Of a DNA stretch of 64,000 bases, positions 60,168-64,000 are shown piece after piece. Below the pieces are notes generated by a model. The model was not told the origin of the DNA, ran no database searches, and was given only the letters and a program-made list of their open reading frames with translations. This DNA comes from Oikopleura dioica. Its lineage: Eukaryota > Animalia > Chordata. The number at the start of each line of letters is the position of its first letter. The stretch's first letter is position 1. The position numbers were made by a program, and so were the translations under genes. The stretch covers positions 3,968,001 through 4,032,000 of the forward strand of contig OU015567.1 of assembly GCA_907165135.1 (NCBI GenBank). The letters are read 5' to 3'.

Positions 60168-61329
60168 TTCGAAAAATACAAGAATTTATTTTATTTTTTT
60201 CTGGGACTCTCTCTTTTCATTTCTTTTTTTTTTCTCTGTCGCGATCGATCGCTGGTCGAGAAAAAAAAGGGATCCGGCGATCGGCGGCAATCGATTCGCG
60301 CTCTCAAGCTCAAGGGAATTTGAATTTGATGAAGTTGCGGTCGAAATGAATCAACCCGTTATGAGTCAACAATGTAACTACTACGCTGAGCAATTTGAAA
60401 ATTACACACTCCTCAGAATAAAAAAAATAAATGAGCATCCACAATTGAGGATTTTCTTGAGAATCTTGAGAATCATTTTTAAAAAAGCTATAAAATTACT
60501 ATAAATATTTCTTGGCGAATTAGAAGATAAACCCGTTAATGAATGGTAACTCTCGCTTTTTATTTTTTTCTGAAAGAAAAGTTGATAGAGTTGATTCGAT
60601 TGATTATGTTAACCAAGAGTTGTTTCAACAAAAAACATGCCCTCAGCGCCCTTGTCAATTAGCCACAACGTTTTTATGATCGTGTTTAATCATCACAAAC
60701 TTTTCTCTTACGATGCTCCGCTAATCCTTACAAATCATAACTGATATCTCGCCAAATATGCATGAATTTCTCTTCTGTCTGAATCGAACTCCTGCTTGAA
60801 CAACGGTTTTTTTATCTGATGTGGACTGGTTTATTTCCCTAATCAAAGAATAACCGGACAGTTGTATTTAATGCTTGTTTTAACAGTTCACTTGAGGACG
60901 CTCCAGCTGTGATCAGGCAACTGTGACTTTCCCCTCCAATCGCCATTCTGCCAGCGCTAGTCTAGCCTGATGTTTTTCAACGCTCCCGAAAAGCTCATCT
61001 CAAAAACTGACTCGTTTAGCGAAATGAGCCCGGGGCGAATCAGAGGCGCGTTCCTATCTCGGGCACGTCTGTCTCACGAGCCTCAAGTTCCCCTTTAAAA
61101 AGGAACCTTTCTAGCCCTTGACGAGGAAGCTTCGGACGCATCTGATTCGTTAGGCGGCGCTGGCTGAGGAGCTCTTGGCTGGGGTAATTTTGATGGAACG
61201 TGCGTCGGTCCTCGTGAAGAGGTCTAAATGGATCTTGAATTATTCCACAATCAGGGGGGAGCTACTAAAATTGGGTGCGTTCTAGAATAGGGAAAGGCGA
61301 GATAGAAGATAAGACAGAGTTGTGACAGC

Positions 61330-63272
61330 TTAGTTGTCGTTGTTGTTGACCCAGAAGGCGTCTCCTCGGGAAAGACCGTTGTGGATGTCGTTAGCGGTAT
61401 TGGTCCATCGACTGACTTCGTTGACGTCACCAGCGTATGGCATGTTCTGGGCACGGGTGTAGCCAACGCACTTCTCATTGGTACCAGAGTTGCAGGCAAG
61501 GACGATGCTTTGGACCTCTGAAAGAAAAAGGATTAAAATTTGGAGAAGTGATTATCTCCCACTGAGGGGCTAGACTCGCGAATTTTGATGTTAAAACCCA
61601 AGAATTCTCGTAACTTACGGGCAGCTGAGAAGAAAACGTTGGGGAACGGAGATTCGAATCCAGTGGGAGCTGTCTTGTCAACAGTGTGACTGTAGGCATA
61701 CTGAAGCTGAGCCCAGATTTCTTGGATGGTACCGTACTGACGGAGATGGAATTCGTCGTATGTTTTCATCACATTTTTGATGGTCAAGACCTTGCCACAA
61801 GTGATGGCAGAGTTGGAGCAGAACTTCGCGCAGTAATGGTTAGCTGTGCCCGAAGGTCCGTAGACGTTATTGCAGGCATCGGTAATAGTAGCCTCGAGTC
61901 GACCTGAGTGATCGTAAGATCCGTCAGTTCCAGTCACGTGGTTCTCATCGATGATGATGCTGTGGACGTGCTTTGAGCAATCAGCGCTCAAGTCAGAAGA
62001 AGCACCTGCTCGGAGAGCGTGGCAGCTGTCCATAGCGGAAACGTGATGAGGGAAGGTGATGGTGATGGTGTCGACAGCGTACCAGAAGTAGGAGTCGGCC
62101 TTGTTCGCCTCGGTAGTGCGCTTGGCTTCCTGGAAACCGTGGCCGAACTCGTGGAGGGTTCGGACATTGAATCGGAAGTCGGCACCGAGCTGGTTGTGAG
62201 GGAAGGAGGAGATAGCAACACCGGCAGCAGCAGCTCCAGCAGCAGCAAAAGCGGGAGCAGATGAGCCCGCAACGAGTTTCCAACTGTCACTCGTTGTTGT
62301 CAAAGTCCATGTTCCCTTGGAATTGACGTATTGTGCAGAAATGTCGTAGGTGGAGGCGAATGGGTCATGCGTGTAGGCACCTTCGGCTGCGATAGCGGTG
62401 TCAGCGTAGGTCGAGACGAAGTTCAAGTAGCCAAGACCTTCGTAGACGGGATTCGCCATGACGATTCGGAAGCCGTTGACGGCGTTGTTTTCTTTGGCGT
62501 AGATGTGAGCGTTGAAAACGTGGACCCAGTGAACCTTAGCGCCTTTGCTGCTGCTGTCGGTCCAGGCAAGGTTGTGCTGAACGGAGTAGGTCGCAGCTGA
62601 GTAGCTGAAGTCCTTGACTTCCCAGAGGCAGCCAGAGTGACGGAGGGAGTATCTCCAGTCATCGGCCATGAAGCCGTGGTAGGTATTAGCAACCTGTGGA
62701 CCAGTTGGACCTCGATTCGCTGATGCACTGGCAACGTGGTGACCGTAGTGGTACTTGGCGTCGGGGTTGTTGTTCTGGTAGCCCCACTTGTGTGGCTCGA
62801 CAGCGTCGACGGAGTGACCGGCATCGCTGATGTCGATGTGGTTATCATCCTCGATGAATCCATAATGACCGGAAACAGCTGACTGATCGGAACCGTATTC
62901 CTGTTTGGAGGAATCGAATTTCGATCCAGCGGAGAACTCGTTTTCATAACCATACTGGTGGTGGTTGCCTGCATCGCCGATGATGTCTCCTCCGGGTGTG
63001 GCGAACTTGTTGTCGTGGTTCATGTCTCGCATGGAGTTGGAGTTCCAGCAGGACAATGCGTACGCATCAACACCACTTCTGCCATAATAGCCGGCGTCGT
63101 AGCCTTGATTTTGGCTGTAGCCACTGTCGTAGCCGGTGTTGAAGTTGTAGGTAGGAGCGTTGTAGGTGTAGCTGTCGCTCTTCTCTGCAGCTTCGTTGTA
63201 GTCGTAGGTATAGTCAGCTGTGTCACCGGACTGGCCAAGGGCAACGCCCAGCAAGCCTGCACTTATCTTCAT
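61330..63272 (-). CDS. Secreted Tyr/His/Asp-rich protein, oikosin (house-protein)-like
   Basis: Signal MKISAGLLGVALG, Tyr-rich N-terminus, long first exon, GT-AG intron 61518-61618, last exon QVQSIVLACNSG...FWVNNNDN*. Confidence 0.75.
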
Positions 63273-63536
63273 CCCAGCGAAGCCTGAATAAAATTTATCA
63301 AAAAATCTCTTTTGAAAAATAACGAACCTTTTTCTTTATCAGAAAATCGCCTTCGAAACAGGGAGCTCGCCTGGCGATTTAAGGACCACCGCACAAATAT
63401 ATTGCGCCGCGAAATGCACTGGCAACGTCAACAATTATAATTACTCGGGTTTTTAGAAAATCATTTGTTTGGAAAAGAAAAGCGACCGGCGTTTTTAACA
63501 TCATAATCAAACTTTATTTTTCAGTTTCGATTTTAT

Positions 63537-64000
63537 TTATTCCAGCAAGGCAGTTTTGATCTGAATTGATAAAAGCATTGAAGCCTGATTGTTGGTTATC
63601 ATCGAATAATATCTTATAAATTCGATGAACTGAAGAAAAACCTCAATTTCTCGAGTTTGAAGCTCTTTCCAAGTCCCTTTTTCACTAAGGTTTTGTTTAA
63701 AAATATGTTTTTTTTTCATGACAAACCTTATTTTCTCAAGTAAATCGGCAAAGTCTCGATAAGAAAATCTCTTGAGAAGCTTTTCCGAGAACATGGCCAC
63801 CTGATTGATATGAAAACATGTCAGCACATCAAATTTTTCTTTACAATTTTCAATAGAAGCTCCTTTTTCAGCCAGTTTTTCCACAGAAAGAAACTTTTGC
63901 AAGTTTGAAGGAGAGTCGATATTGTCAGAAATATTCTTCAAATTTGAATAGAGCAAAAAGTCGAAAGTTTTTTGATCAGCAAAAGCAACAACTGGCTCGA
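63537..64000 (-). CDS. 3' part of a hypothetical protein running in from beyond the window
   Basis: 139-aa open frame with helical, protein-like composition. No domain recognised. Confidence 0.4.
   Translation of the reverse strand, partial: EPVVAFADQKTFDFLLYSNLKNISDNIDSPSNLQKFLSVEKLAEKGASIENCKEKFDVLTCFHINQVAMFSEKLLKRFSYRDFADLLEKIRFVMKKKHIFKQNLSEKGTWKELQTREIEVFLQFIEFIRYYSMITNNQASMLLSIQIKTALLE

Overview
Gene-dense, AT-rich animal genomic DNA with very short introns, several apparently non-canonical (GA-AG, GC-AG). These traits, together with secreted house-protein-like genes, point to the larvacean tunicate Oikopleura (inferred, not proven). Recognisable genes are: paraoxonase-like, GT31 galactosyltransferase, bacterial-type Zn-dependent threonine dehydrogenase (with a C-type-lectin-like gene nested antisense in its intron), class-3 lipase, two ZP-domain proteins, an intron-containing DUF3050-like gene, C2H2 zinc fingers, lipocalin, CBM14 chitin-binder, inactive PLA2-like, trypsin-like protease, three tandem EGF-array genes (one decayed), chondroitin synthase, a Kazal/follistatin membrane protein and an oikosin-like protein. 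Main novelties: (1) a 4.9-kb TIR-bounded, repeat-filled element flanked by an 89-bp direct duplication; (2) two unannotated intronless genes for ~55-aa secreted Arg/Tyr-rich peptides; (3) two bacterial-type genes carrying spliceosomal introns. Several non-autonomous TIR elements with TTAA, 3-, 8- and 10-bp target duplications are also present. Exon boundaries were inferred by eye and are approximate where stated.
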